64,000 nucleotides of DNA from Bacillota bacterium (GCA_023512375.1 JAILZS010000007.1:894-64893); one strand, 5' to 3'; shown: positions 46,749 to 58,813, counted from the stretch's first letter. Numbers and translations: made by a program. The notes: a model not told the origin generated them from the letters alone.

Positions 46749-47699
46749 TCAGCCGGTGATGATCTGGTGGGAGCGCACGCTCGTGCCGCGGAGGGTCACG
46801 ATCGCCGCCCGGAGGACGCCTTCGCCGTAGTCGCTGCCGGGATTGATGGCGAGGGTCGGGCCGATTCGCACCGCCCCGCGAGACTCGTGGATGTGGCCAT
46901 GCAGGGCGAGCAGGGGCTGGTAGCGCTCGAGCGCCTGGCGCACCGCCACCGACCCCACCGGCGCCATCTCCGGCTCGCCCCCCGTGCGCACGACGCGCAG
47001 GTCCTGGGTGAGGCGGGGGGCGTTGTCGAGCTGGCTCCGGTAGGGCGGGGCGTGGAAGTTGAGGATGAGGTGGCCGCGGTCGGCCGACGCCTGGGCGACG
47101 ATCTCCTCGATCCGCCGCGCCATGCCCTCCTCGTCGAGCTCGCGCGGGCTGTTCCAAGGCGTCGGGTTCACGTAGCTGAAGCCCACCATCTCGTAGTCGC
47201 CCAGGGCCACGGCCCGGCCGTCGTGGTTCACGGACACGGGCGAGGCGTCGAGTACGTCGTCGATGGCCAGGTCGTCGTCGTTTCCGGGCATGATGGCCAC
47301 CGTCACGCCCGACCCCTTGAGGCGCTCCTCCGCCAGCTCGATCCACCGCGCCACCGAGTCGCGCATGACGCGGCGGAACACCTCGCGCATGTACGCCTCG
47401 TCCGCCTCCAGGCGGGCGTATTCGTCCGGATCGCACACGTAGGGGTAGAAGCCGTTGACGCGGACGCGCTTCTCCAGCTCGGCCCGCTCCCCCTCGCCTT
47501 CCACCCGCACCGGCTGGCCGAGGAAGCGCGAGTCGTACCCCCCGCCGCGGCGCACGATCGGCACGAGCACCTTGCCCGTCACGTCGCCGCCCAGGACCAG
47601 CGCCTGGGCGCCGAAGAACTTCGCCGCGTTGACGAACTTGAGGAAGCAGCGCTCGGACCCGTGGATGTCGCTGGCGAAGAAGATCTTGTAGTCGCTCAC
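46749..47699 (-). CDS. Metallophosphoesterase (calcineurin-like)
   Basis: FASDIHGS, GGDVTGK, GNDDD and GHIHE metal-binding motifs. GTG start sharing GTGA with the upstream stop. Confidence 0.75.
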   Translation of the reverse strand: MSDYKIFFASDIHGSERCFLKFVNAAKFFGAQALVLGGDVTGKVLVPIVRRGGGYDSRFLGQPVRVEGEGERAELEKRVRVNGFYPYVCDPDEYARLEADEAYMREVFRRVMRDSVARWIELAEERLKGSGVTVAIMPGNDDDLAIDDVLDASPVSVNHDGRAVALGDYEMVGFSYVNPTPWNSPRELDEEGMARRIEEIVAQASADRGHLILNFHAPPYRSQLDNAPRLTQDLRVVRTGGEPEMAPVGSVAVRQALERYQPLLALHGHIHESRGAVRIGPTLAINPGSDYGEGVLRAAIVTLRGTSVRSHQIITG

Positions 47700-48322
47700 G
47701 CCGTCGCCTCCCTGTCGCCGCCCCCGCCCGCCTCGATGCGCTCGAGGCCGATCGCGCTGGGTACGCCGCCGTTGCAGTCGTTGAGGTCCATGGGGCAGGC
47801 CGAAACCGCCACGGTGAGCGGCACGAGCGCCTCCACGACGACGTGGTCGCCGGCCCGGCTGAGCGGCCGCTCCACCGTCAGGCGCCCCTCGGCGTCGACG
47901 CTCGTGCGCATGAACACGTTCCAGGGGTCGGGCACGCGCCCGAGCTCCGGCAGCGCCGCCGCCAGGGCGTCGCGGCAGTTCGGGTGGCCCTCGTGGCCGC
48001 CCAGCATGCGGTAGCGCTCGGGGTCGCAGCACGGGTAGAGGAGGTCGTGGACGCCCACGCTGTCCTCCACCAGCCGGAGGACGGGAAGGCGGCGCGTGTC
48101 GTACAGGAGGTCGCCCGGGCCCGGCGACAGGCGCCCGAGCGCCGTGCGCGTGTGGCTCGCCGACAGCACGGCGTCGGGACGGTCGGCGACGAAGGCCACC
48201 AGGTCCGCCACCTGGCTCCCCTCCAGGTCGACGACGCGCAGGCGGTCGCCTGCGCCAAGCGAGACGCGCACCGCCGTCCCCGGCAGAATCTTCGCTCGGA
48301 AGGTTCCCTGCCTGTCCGTCAT
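47696..48322 (-). CDS. DUF1989 (urea carboxylase-associated family) protein
   Basis: KILPGTAVRVSLGAGDRLRVVDLEGSQVADLVAF...GDLLYDTRRLPVLRLVEDSVGVHDLLYPCCD matches the DUF1989 pattern. Confidence 0.6.
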   Translation of the reverse strand: MTDRQGTFRAKILPGTAVRVSLGAGDRLRVVDLEGSQVADLVAFVADRPDAVLSASHTRTALGRLSPGPGDLLYDTRRLPVLRLVEDSVGVHDLLYPCCDPERYRMLGGHEGHPNCRDALAAALPELGRVPDPWNVFMRTSVDAEGRLTVERPLSRAGDHVVVEALVPLTVAVSACPMDLNDCNGGVPSAIGLERIEAGGGGDREATA

Positions 48323-48374
48323 GCCGTCTCGGCCCCCCTCTCCGGTCCGCCCTCGGCCCGCGCCCGCCAGCCCA

Positions 48375-50003
48375 TCACTCGGGCGGGATCTCCCGGAACG
48401 CCAGGTCGACGTCGATGCCCCGGCCGCGCTGCACCCACTTCGCCACCAGGTAGATCACCACCCCGGAGACGAGGACGGCGACGTTGACGTAGAACATGTC
48501 CCAGGTGACCACCCCCGCCCCCTTGTCGGGCGTGACCAGGATGCCGACGCCCGAGTCCGGGGCCGAGAGGTAGAAGTACTCGATGAACCCGGTGAGGACG
48601 ATGGACAGGGCGCCCAGGATGGAGATGACCGGCACCCGCCCCACGCGCCAGTTCACGGGCGAGGCCTCGAACACCTCCGGCATGCGCAGGGGGAAGAGCA
48701 CCGCCGCCACCGAGGTGATGAAGAAGCTGAGGACGAAGCCGAAGATGCCCGACAGAATCGGCAGGTGGCCGAACAGGAACAGGGCCGTGGAGGCGATCGA
48801 CAAGGCGCCGATGAGGGCCATGTTGAACACCGGCGCGTGCAGGCGCGGGTGCACCTCGCCTAGCTTGGCCGGCATCATGTGGTCGATCGAGTAGGCCAGG
48901 AGGTTGCGGCTCGGGATCATCATGTTGCCGGGAAGCCAGGTGTACGTCCAGAAGATGAAGCCGAAGGCGATGAGGCCGGCGACCAGGGCGTTGGAGCTGA
49001 GGGCGCCGACCAGCTCCGGGTAGACGGGGCTCGAGGCCATTCCCAAGGTGGCCGGGTTGGCGGCGGCGATGGCGCGCAGGGTGCCGCCGCCCACGACGTC
49101 GAGGAGCAACACCACGAGCACGAGCATGAACGCGCCCGCGAACAGGCCGCCCAGCGGCATGGCGATGAGTTGGCTGCGCCGGGCGCTCTTCACCTCGCCC
49201 CCGATGTAGGCCGAGGCGATGTTGAAGCCCATGACGAGGTACACCCAGGTCATACCCACGAGCGTCTGGCGCAAGCTGAACGGCTGCGGCCGCACGAGGG
49301 GCCCCGCGGCGCGGACGATGGCCTGATAGACGTCCTGCCTACCGGTGAGGGCGGCGGCGTAGCGGTTGAAGCCGGCGACGAAGGCGGCGTGGTCGGACGA
49401 GGCGAGGACGACGATGCTCACCAGCACCGACATGAGCGCCAGCGCGAACAGGACGTTCTGGACGCGCATGTAGGTCTTGAGGCCACGGATGAACAGGCCC
49501 ACGAAGACGATGATGAGGAACGACCCGGCGAGGAACGCCCCCAGCGGGGTGGAGAACCAGTTGCCGAGCCGGACGAGGCCGCCGGCGTGCAGGTAGACGC
49601 CCAGCACGCGGAAGAACTGGGATAGGCCGTACTCGCCGAAGTAGGCCGCCGGCGTGCCGGCGTACAGGACGTTCCAGAGCGTCCAGTTCCAGCTCCCGAT
49701 CATGCCCCAGGCCGGCCCCAGGACGCGGCTCACGTACACGTAGTCCCCGCCCGACCGGGGCATGGCGGCGGCGAACATGGCGTACACGAGGGCGGTGGGG
49801 ATCGTGGCCAAGGTGACCAGGACGATGCCGAGCGGCAGGCTGGCGCCCGGGTAGTCGAGGGCGTAGAAGAGGGCGATGAAGGCGGCCCCGATGCCGATGT
49901 TGATGAAGTTCACATTGTAGACGAAGGCGTCGAGGGTGGACGCCTCGCGCACGAGGCCGGTGGCGTCGCGCTGGAAGGTGCGCAGCTTGGGTTGGGCGCT
50001 CAC
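48375..50003 (-). CDS. APC-superfamily amino acid/polyamine permease
   Basis: Twelve TM helices, a GGEVKSARRSQ motif and C-terminal GIDVDLAFREIPPE. A paralog of the 52438..54030 gene. Confidence 0.75.
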   Translation of the reverse strand: MSAQPKLRTFQRDATGLVREASTLDAFVYNVNFINIGIGAAFIALFYALDYPGASLPLGIVLVTLATIPTALVYAMFAAAMPRSGGDYVYVSRVLGPAWGMIGSWNWTLWNVLYAGTPAAYFGEYGLSQFFRVLGVYLHAGGLVRLGNWFSTPLGAFLAGSFLIIVFVGLFIRGLKTYMRVQNVLFALALMSVLVSIVVLASSDHAAFVAGFNRYAAALTGRQDVYQAIVRAAGPLVRPQPFSLRQTLVGMTWVYLVMGFNIASAYIGGEVKSARRSQLIAMPLGGLFAGAFMLVLVVLLLDVVGGGTLRAIAAANPATLGMASSPVYPELVGALSSNALVAGLIAFGFIFWTYTWLPGNMMIPSRNLLAYSIDHMMPAKLGEVHPRLHAPVFNMALIGALSIASTALFLFGHLPILSGIFGFVLSFFITSVAAVLFPLRMPEVFEASPVNWRVGRVPVISILGALSIVLTGFIEYFYLSAPDSGVGILVTPDKGAGVVTWDMFYVNVAVLVSGVVIYLVAKWVQRGRGIDVDLAFREIPPE

Positions 50004-51016
50004 GCCGATCCCCCTTTCTCCGCGCCGGCGGCGAAGGCGCGCACGCCGGCGCCGCTGTTCTTCGCCAGGACCGAGATCGCCTCGTACAGGAGGTTGGCCG
50101 CCAGAAGCGAGGTCGGGGCGCCCGGCCCGTCGTACGGCGGCGCTACCTCGACCACGTCCATGCCCACCAGGCGGTGGCCGACGAGCGAACGCACGCACTG
50201 CACGGCGTCCCAGGCGCTCAGGCCGCCCACCTCGGGCGTGCCGGTGCCGCTCGCGAACGCCGGGTCGACCACGTCGATGTCCCACGAGATGTACAGCGGT
50301 GCGTCGGCCGGCACGCCGGCCAGGATGTCGGCCATGACGGCCCGGGCGCCGCGCTCGAAGAAGGCGTCGATCGTCTCCACCCGGATGCGGTGCTCGTGCG
50401 CGAAGTCCAGGTCGTCGGGAGCGTACTGGCTGCCGCGGATGCCCGCCTGGGCGACGCTGTCCACGAGCCCTTCTTCCACCACCCGGCGCAGCCACGTGCC
50501 GTGGGTGTACTTCTTCCCCCAGTACGAGTCCCAGAAGTCCAGGTGGGAGTCGAAGTGGATGAGGTGGAGCGGCCCGTGCGCCCGCCTCAGGGAGCGGAGG
50601 ACGGGGAGGGTGATGGAGTGGTCGCCGCCGCAGATGAAGGGCACGGCGCGGGCGGCGCACAGGCGGTCCAGGTGGGCCTCCACCCGTTCGAACGTGTCGA
50701 AGATGTAGCCGGGCACGACGTCCACGTCGCCGTGGTCGACCACGTTGAGGACGTCGAACGGGCTTACGTCCAAGAACATGTTGTAGGGTCTCAGGAGCCG
50801 GGAGTTCTCGCGCACCGCGGCCGGGCCCATGCGGGCGCCGCTGCGGAAGGTGGTGGCGTCGTCGAACGGGATGCCGAGGAAGACCGCATCCACGTCGGTG
50901 AGATCCTCCTCGTACGGCAGGCGGGCGTAGGTGGCCGGCTGGGCGAAGCGCGGCGAGCGGAGCGCGTCGCGCTGGCGGATGTCGCGCCTCGGGGCGCGGG
51001 AGTCGGCTTCGGGCAT
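50000..51016 (-). CDS. Arginase-family ureohydrolase (agmatinase / guanidino-acid hydrolase-like)
   Basis: Mn-binding motifs GGDHSIT, DSHLD and SWDIDVVDP. GTGA overlap with the downstream permease start. Confidence 0.8.
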   Translation of the reverse strand: MPEADSRAPRRDIRQRDALRSPRFAQPATYARLPYEEDLTDVDAVFLGIPFDDATTFRSGARMGPAAVRENSRLLRPYNMFLDVSPFDVLNVVDHGDVDVVPGYIFDTFERVEAHLDRLCAARAVPFICGGDHSITLPVLRSLRRAHGPLHLIHFDSHLDFWDSYWGKKYTHGTWLRRVVEEGLVDSVAQAGIRGSQYAPDDLDFAHEHRIRVETIDAFFERGARAVMADILAGVPADAPLYISWDIDVVDPAFASGTGTPEVGGLSAWDAVQCVRSLVGHRLVGMDVVEVAPPYDGPGAPTSLLAANLLYEAISVLAKNSGAGVRAFAAGAEKGGSA

Positions 51017-51055
51017 GCGTCGGTCACCTCCGTGGGCGGCGATCGGTCGGCCAGG

Positions 51056-51757
51056 TCAGGTCATGACCTCGCCGCCGTTGGGGTTGAGTACCTGCCCGAC
51101 GAAGTACGAGGCGTCGTCGGAGGCGAGGAACGCCACCGCCGCCGCCACCTCCTCGGGCTCGCCGAACCGGCCGAGGGGGTAGAAGACCACCTCGGTGCGC
51201 TCGTAGTCGGGCGGGAAGGCGTCGAGCATGGGGGTGTGGATCGCGCCGGGGGCCACGGCGTTGACCCGGATGCCGCGCGGCGCCAGCTCCCGCGCCAGGG
51301 CGCGGGTGAGGGCGATCACCCCACCCTTCGACGCGGAGTAGTGGACGAGGGCCGCCGCCCCGATCTGTCCCAGGTCGGAGGCCACGTTGACGATCGCCCC
51401 CCCGGCCGCCATGGTGCGGGCGGCGGCGCGGCAGGCGTAGAACGTGCCCGACAGGTTCACGGCGATCGTCTCCTGCCAGTCGGCGTCCGTCAGCTCGGCC
51501 GCCGGCGCGAGGCGGGCGATGCCGGCGGCGTTCACGAGGATGTCGGGCACACCGCCCAGGCGCACGCCCGCCTCCCGCCACATGGCCTCGACCGAGGCCG
51601 AGTCGGCGACGTCGACCGCCAACTGCCCGGGGCGCGGGCGGCGGTCGGCGCCCAGCGTGCGCGCCCCCTCCGCCTCCAGGCGGGCCACCACCGCCAACCC
51701 GATGCCGCCCGCCGCGCCCACCACGAGGGCGCGGCGGCCTGCCAGGCGCCCGCTCAC
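51056..51757 (-). CDS. SDR-family short-chain dehydrogenase/reductase
   Basis: VVGAAGGIG cofactor motif, NAAG and the catalytic YSASK. Confidence 0.8.
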   Translation of the reverse strand: MSGRLAGRRALVVGAAGGIGLAVVARLEAEGARTLGADRRPRPGQLAVDVADSASVEAMWREAGVRLGGVPDILVNAAGIARLAPAAELTDADWQETIAVNLSGTFYACRAAARTMAAGGAIVNVASDLGQIGAAALVHYSASKGGVIALTRALARELAPRGIRVNAVAPGAIHTPMLDAFPPDYERTEVVFYPLGRFGEPEEVAAAVAFLASDDASYFVGQVLNPNGGEVMT

Positions 51758-52425
51758 GGCAGCACCGCCGCCGCCCGCACGGGCGACCCGTCGCCGTCGG
51801 CGATGCGCAGCGGCAGGGCGAGGAACCAGTACCCCTCGGGCGGGAGCGGCTCGGCCGGGACGATGGCGTTCACGTACGGCACGCCGCTGTCGAGGAGCAT
51901 GTGGTCGGGGATGCGCACCCCCGGCGCCACGCGGGTCTCGCCCTCGCGCGGGTCGCAGCACAGGGCCGTGTCGGTGGCCACCAGGCGAACGCCGCGGTCG
52001 ATGAGCCACTGGGTGGCGGCGCGGGAGAGGAAGGGGGTGGCGGAGGCGAAGTCGGGCTCGAACCAGCGCCGGTGCCAGCCGGTGACGACCACCGCCACCT
52101 CTCCCGCCCTTAGGGCCTCCCCCCCGGCCGCCTCGAGCATCGCCGGGGTGATCTCGGTCAGGGGGCGGTCGGCCTCGGCCACCGCCAGGGTGCGGGCGGG
52201 GCCGACGAACGGCGAAAGGTCGATGGCGTCGGTGCCGCCGCGCTCCTCCCACCAGTGCTTGGGCGCGTCCATGTGCGTTCCCATGTGGGTGGTGAGTTCC
52301 AGCCGCATGGCGCGGTAGCCGAACTCCGCCACGGTGGCGATCACCTCGGCGGCGTACGGCCGGAACGGGTCCCCGTAGTGCCACATGCCGGGGGCGAGGG
52401 GACCGGTGCAGTCGACGACGCGCAT
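51754..52425 (-). CDS. Cyclase-family protein (kynurenine formamidase-like metal-dependent hydrolase)
   Basis: The HMGTHMDAPKHW signature of the putative-cyclase family (PF04199). Confidence 0.7.
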   Translation of the reverse strand: MRVVDCTGPLAPGMWHYGDPFRPYAAEVIATVAEFGYRAMRLELTTHMGTHMDAPKHWWEERGGTDAIDLSPFVGPARTLAVAEADRPLTEITPAMLEAAGGEALRAGEVAVVVTGWHRRWFEPDFASATPFLSRAATQWLIDRGVRLVATDTALCCDPREGETRVAPGVRIPDHMLLDSGVPYVNAIVPAEPLPPEGYWFLALPLRIADGDGSPVRAAAVLP

Positions 52426-52437
52426 GCCTGGCGCCTC

Positions 52438-54030
52438 CTACTCGGGAGGGATCTCGACGAAGGCGGCGGTGACGTCGATGCCGCTCCGACGCCTCGCCGC
52501 CTTGATCACCTGGTAGGCCACGACGGCGGCGACGATGAGCGCCCCCGACACCCAGCGCATGATCGCGCTCGTGGGGTTGTTCGCGCCCAGCCCCTGCACC
52601 GGGTCGAGCCACAGGATGGCCTCCATGTACACCAGGGCCACGAGCGCCACCGCCCCCACCCAGGTGATGACGGGCACGCCCAGCAGGCGCCCCTGGAAGG
52701 GCGAGCCCCGGTACAGCTCCGGCCGCCGGTAGGGGAAGACGAGGGCGGCGACGGCCGCGATCATGAAGCTGAGAAGCCAGGTGAAGATGCCCGACAGGAG
52801 CGACAGGATGCCGACGGCGTACAGGATGAGGCTCACCTCGCCCAGGACGGCGACGATGGCGATCGCCACCGTGGGGGCGTGCAGGCGCGGGTGGACGTCG
52901 GCCACCCGGTCGGGGATCAGGCGGTCGATCGACCACGCCAGGAGGATGCGGGTGGAGGCGAGGAAGTTCACCGGCAGCCACACGTACGTCCAGAAGAGGA
53001 ACAGCACCATCATGACCACGCCCAGCCAGCCCGGGCCGGCGGCGATCGCCGCCAGCTCCTGGTAGTAGGGCACGAAGCCCAGGCCGTAGGTGGACGGCGC
53101 CACCGACCCGCTCGCCTCCACGAAGCGAAGGCCGGCGGTGTGGAAGACCGCGGCCGCGAGGAGGGCCATGACGATGCCGGTGAAGACGATCGGCGTCGTC
53201 ATGCCGTAGAACTGGCTGCGGCGGGCGCTCTTCACCTCGCCGCCGATCATGGTCGAGGTGACCGAGAAGGCGATGATGAGGATCACCCACGAGGAGAACA
53301 ACAGCGTGTTGCCCAGGCTGAACCCGGCGGCGTGGGTGCCGTAGGCGTGCATGATCGCCGCGTAGGCGCCCGCCTTGCCGCCCGCGGCGACGACGTAGCG
53401 GTCGAAGCGGGAGACGAAGGCGGCGTGCGGCGTGGAGAAGAGGACGGCGATCATGAGGAGCGCGTTCACCATGGCCAGGAGGAAGGCGATGTTCTGGATG
53501 CGCATGTACAGGCGGACGCCGCGGACGAAGACGTACGTGAAGACGGCCATGAGGACGGTGCCTACGACGATGATGCCGACGGGCGACTCGACCGACCCGG
53601 CGAGCTGGAGGACGCCCCGGCTGCCGGTCACCACCGCCAACACGCGCAGGAGGGGCGCGACCCCGTACTGGGGCAGGAAGCCCGCCGGCACGCCGATGTA
53701 CACGAGCAGCCAGAACAGCCAGTTGAACGAGGTGAAAAAGCCCAGGCCGGGGGTGAGGATGCGGCTCACGAACACGTAGTCGCCGCCCGAGCGGGGCATC
53801 GCGGACGACAGCATGCCGTACACGGCGGCGACGGGGATGGTGGCGGCGACCGTGAGGGCGATCGCCAGGTAGGGGCTGACGCCGCTGTACAGACCCAGGA
53901 ACCCGAGTACGAACAGCGCGCCGATGCCGACGTTCTGGTTGAGGGTGTTGTAGACGAAGACGTCCAGGCCGCTAGCCTCGCGGGTCAGGCCGGTGGCGTC
54001 GCGGACGAACACCTTGGGCGCTGCTGCCAT
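52438..54030 (-). CDS. APC-superfamily amino acid/polyamine permease (paralog)
   Basis: Same architecture and motifs (GGEVKSARRSQ; GIDVTAAFVEIPPE) as the 48375..50003 gene. Confidence 0.75.
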   Translation of the reverse strand: MAAAPKVFVRDATGLTREASGLDVFVYNTLNQNVGIGALFVLGFLGLYSGVSPYLAIALTVAATIPVAAVYGMLSSAMPRSGGDYVFVSRILTPGLGFFTSFNWLFWLLVYIGVPAGFLPQYGVAPLLRVLAVVTGSRGVLQLAGSVESPVGIIVVGTVLMAVFTYVFVRGVRLYMRIQNIAFLLAMVNALLMIAVLFSTPHAAFVSRFDRYVVAAGGKAGAYAAIMHAYGTHAAGFSLGNTLLFSSWVILIIAFSVTSTMIGGEVKSARRSQFYGMTTPIVFTGIVMALLAAAVFHTAGLRFVEASGSVAPSTYGLGFVPYYQELAAIAAGPGWLGVVMMVLFLFWTYVWLPVNFLASTRILLAWSIDRLIPDRVADVHPRLHAPTVAIAIVAVLGEVSLILYAVGILSLLSGIFTWLLSFMIAAVAALVFPYRRPELYRGSPFQGRLLGVPVITWVGAVALVALVYMEAILWLDPVQGLGANNPTSAIMRWVSGALIVAAVVAYQVIKAARRRSGIDVTAAFVEIPPE

Positions 54031-54171
54031 CGCGCGGTGGCCTCCTCTCGCGATCGTCGGGACAAGAGCGCGGACGGCGCACGGGGCGGCGCGCGCTCCC
54101 CGCCGGGGGTGCCGCCCGCGCCCCCCGAGACGCGCCCGCCGCCGCCGTCCGCCGTCACCCCCGTCCCCGCC

Positions 54172-55680
<1,509 letters not shown>

Positions 55681-55711
55681 CCGGCCGTCCCCCCGTCTCC
55701 GCCTCGGTTTG

Positions 55712-57037
55712 CTAGCGCGCGCCCGCCGCGCTGTGGGCGCGCGCCTGGGATTCGGCCTCGGCCACCGCCTCGGCCACGGTCGCCACCACCCGCTCCAGGT
55801 CCGCCTCCTCGATCACCAGCGGGGGCTGGATGCGCAGGACGTTCCCGCCCATGCCGCCCACGCCGATGAGCACGCCCCGCTCGCGCGAGCGCTCCCGCAC
55901 GGCGCGCGCGATGGCCCGGGCCGGGGCCTTCGTCTCCCGGTCCTCGACCAGCTCCACGCCGATCATGAGCCCCAGTCCGCGCACCTCGCCCACCGTCTCG
56001 CACCCGGCCAGGGCGTCGCGCAGGCGCCCGATGGCGCGCTCGCCCAGGGCCGCGGCCCGCGCCGGCAGGCCCTCCTCCTCCATGACCTCGAGGTTCGCCA
56101 GGGCGGCGGCGCAGGAGACGGGGTTGCCGCCGAAGGTGGACAGGTGCTCGCCCGGCTTGAGGGCGTCGGCGATCTCCGGCCGCGCGATCACCGCGCTCAG
56201 CGGCAGGCCGTCGGCGATGCCCTTGGCCATGACGAGGATGTCCGGCTCGACGCCGCTGTGCTCCACGGCGAACAGGCGGCCGGTGCGGCCGAAGCCGGTC
56301 TGCACCTCGTCGGCGATGAACAGGATGCCGCGCCGGTCGAGGATCTCCCGCACGTACCGGAGGTAGGCGGTGGGGGGAACGATGATCCCCCCCTCGCCCA
56401 TCACCGGCTCGGCGATGAACGCCGCCACGTCGTCGCTCGTCTGGGTGCGGATCGTCTCCTCCACCGCCGCGGCCGCCTCGCGCGCCACCTCCTCCGGCGT
56501 CGCCGGGTGGGGCCACCGGTAGGCGTAGGGCGCGGGCGCGAACGCCACCCCGGGCATGAACGGGCCGCCGCGCCGGCGCCGGAGCGAGTTGCCGGTGAGG
56601 CTCAGGGTGGCCAGGCTGCGGCCGTGGAAGGAGTGGGTGAGGGAGACGAACTCGTGCCGGCCCGTGTACGCCTTGGCCATGCGCAGCGCGGTCTCGATCC
56701 CCTCCGCCCCGCCGTTGCCGAAGAAGGTCTTCCGAAGCCGCCCCGGCGTGACTTGGGCCAGGCGCTCCGCCAGCTCGGCCACCACCGGCACGTGGTAGGT
56801 GTAGCTCTGCACGTGCAGGTAGGCCTCCATCTGGCGGCGCGCCGCCTCCACCACGCGCGGGTGGGCGTGGCCCGCGTTCACCACGGAGATGCCCGAGAAG
56901 GCGTCGACGTACTCCCGCCCGTCCTCACCCCGCACCCGCGCTCCCCGCGCCCACACCGGCACCACGGGCTCCACCCGCTCGACGAAGCTCGTGGCCACGA
57001 ACTCCCGGTACCTCTCCTCCACCGTCCGATCGGACAT
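55712..57037 (-). CDS. Class III (omega-) aminotransferase
   Basis: The PLP-fold GNGGAEGIETALRMA, the DEVQTGFGRTG motif, and the Schiff-base lysine context in VMAKGIADG. Confidence 0.85.
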   Translation of the reverse strand: MSDRTVEERYREFVATSFVERVEPVVPVWARGARVRGEDGREYVDAFSGISVVNAGHAHPRVVEAARRQMEAYLHVQSYTYHVPVVAELAERLAQVTPGRLRKTFFGNGGAEGIETALRMAKAYTGRHEFVSLTHSFHGRSLATLSLTGNSLRRRRGGPFMPGVAFAPAPYAYRWPHPATPEEVAREAAAAVEETIRTQTSDDVAAFIAEPVMGEGGIIVPPTAYLRYVREILDRRGILFIADEVQTGFGRTGRLFAVEHSGVEPDILVMAKGIADGLPLSAVIARPEIADALKPGEHLSTFGGNPVSCAAALANLEVMEEEGLPARAAALGERAIGRLRDALAGCETVGEVRGLGLMIGVELVEDRETKAPARAIARAVRERSRERGVLIGVGGMGGNVLRIQPPLVIEEADLERVVATVAEAVAEAESQARAHSAAGAR

Positions 57038-57177
57038 GCCCCCACCCCCGTCGTCCCAGGCCTTTGGGGGTGGCAATATTCTGTCGCCGGACAGCGCCTC
57101 CTCCCGTCCGGTGATTGACGAATTGTTCCCTTTATGTCATGAACTGCATGACATCCCGTTTGCGGGGGAGGATGGCC

Positions 57178-58752
57178 GTGACCGTCGCCGACGCCCTCGC
57201 CCATCCCCTGTTCGCGCGCGCCCGCCTGGTGGCCGGCGCCGCCGGCGTGGAGCGAACCGTCAGCTGGGTGCACGTGGCCGAGATTCCCCACCCCCGCGCC
57301 TTCCTAAGGCGCGGGGCGATGGTCCTCACCACCGGCGTGGGCCTTTCCACGCCGTCGGCCCGCGACGCCTACGTGCGGGAGGCGGTCGAGGCGGGCGCCA
57401 GCGCCGTCGTCCTCGAGGCCGGGCCGTACAGCCCCGGAGTGCCGGAGGAGTTTTCCGCCGTGTGCGAGGCGGCGGGCGTGCCCCTCATCGTGTTCGACGA
57501 GGAGACGCGCTTCCTCGACATCACGCAGGCCCTGAACGGGGCGCTCCTGCACGGCCAGTACGCCGTTCTCGAGCGCCTCCTCCTCCTGCAGGAGCGCGTC
57601 GGCGCCGTCCTCTCCCAGGCCGAAGGCGTCGACCGCCTGCTCGAGGTGGCGGCGGCCACGCTGGGCGCGAGCGTCGCCTTCCTCCCCCGGCTCGAGGGCG
57701 AGGGGGTGGGACACGGGCCGCGGGCGTCGGAGCTTACGGCCCTGTCCGCGTCGAGCCGGGTACTCGCGCGTCCGACGCCCGTCGCCCTCCCCTTCCCCCA
57801 CCTGCGCCAGAGCGTGGTCGTCCTCGGCCAGGCCGAGGGCGAGGTGGTGCTCGCGCCCGAGGCGGCGGCAGAGGCGGACGACTTGGCCACCTTGGCGCTC
57901 GGCCTGCTCACCCGGTCGGTCGGCCAGGAGATCCTCCGCCGGCACGCCCTGGCCGAGGACCAACGCCGCCAGGAGGCGGCGGTGGTGAGCGGCATCCTGG
58001 GCGGGGACGACGACGCCCTGCGCTCCGCCCGGCGGCTCATGGCGCTTCGGCGGGGGGCGGAGCGCGGACCGCTCGTGGCCGTAGCCGTCGCCGCCGACCC
58101 CGACGAGATCGGCCGCGTCTACACCCAGGTGCGCGCCGGCCTGCAACCCCTCCTGGCCGCCGTGCACGGGGGGCAGGTGCTGTGCGTCGTCCTCGCCCCG
58201 CCTGGTCCCGCCGACCTCGACCGCCGCCTGCGCGCCTTCGCCGACGGGTCGGACTTGCGGCTGGGGGTGGCCGACCCGCGCGACGACGTCGACGACCTGG
58301 CGGCGGCGTTCGACGAGGCGCTCGCCGCGCTCGCGTGCGTGCGTCCGCCCGTGGGCGAGCGGGTGCGCCGCTACGCCGATCTGGGCGCCCACCGCCTCCT
58401 CGCCGCCCATGCACCCTCCGACCTGTGGCGGCGCCTCGTCCTGCCGGAGCTTGGTTCCCTCCTGAGGCGCGACCGGGAGGACGACGACACCCTGCTCGCC
58501 ACGTTGCGCGCCCTGGTCGCAAGCGACTGGGACCGTTCGCGCGCCGCCCGCCGCCTCGGCGTCAGCCGCCAGGCCCTGTACGCCCGCCTCCGCCGCCTTG
58601 AGCGCGTCCTTGGCGTGGGATGGGATCGTTACCCCCGATCCCTTGATCTTGCCCTGGCTCTTGCCGCCTACGACACGACAGGCGACCGCTCGGCGGCCGG
58701 AGCGACGGCTGCGGGCGGCGCGCACAGCGGGCGCCGTGCCCGATCGCGCTGA
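57178..58752 (+). CDS. PucR-family transcriptional regulator
   Basis: The N-terminal TVADALAHPLFARARLVAG PucR-type start, a GGDEF-like middle region and a C-terminal HTH (AARRLGVSRQALYARLRRLERVLG). A GTG start 6 nt after GGGGGAGG; divergent from the catabolic operon. Confidence 0.8.
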   Translation: MTVADALAHPLFARARLVAGAAGVERTVSWVHVAEIPHPRAFLRRGAMVLTTGVGLSTPSARDAYVREAVEAGASAVVLEAGPYSPGVPEEFSAVCEAAGVPLIVFDEETRFLDITQALNGALLHGQYAVLERLLLLQERVGAVLSQAEGVDRLLEVAAATLGASVAFLPRLEGEGVGHGPRASELTALSASSRVLARPTPVALPFPHLRQSVVVLGQAEGEVVLAPEAAAEADDLATLALGLLTRSVGQEILRRHALAEDQRRQEAAVVSGILGGDDDALRSARRLMALRRGAERGPLVAVAVAADPDEIGRVYTQVRAGLQPLLAAVHGGQVLCVVLAPPGPADLDRRLRAFADGSDLRLGVADPRDDVDDLAAAFDEALAALACVRPPVGERVRRYADLGAHRLLAAHAPSDLWRRLVLPELGSLLRRDREDDDTLLATLRALVASDWDRSRAARRLGVSRQALYARLRRLERVLGVGWDRYPRSLDLALALAAYDTTGDRSAAGATAAGGAHSGRRARSR

Positions 58753-58813
58753 CGCCAGGCACCATCCGCCTTGACTCCCGCCGCCGCGCCGGGCCATGAG
58801 GCCCTGGCCGGCG

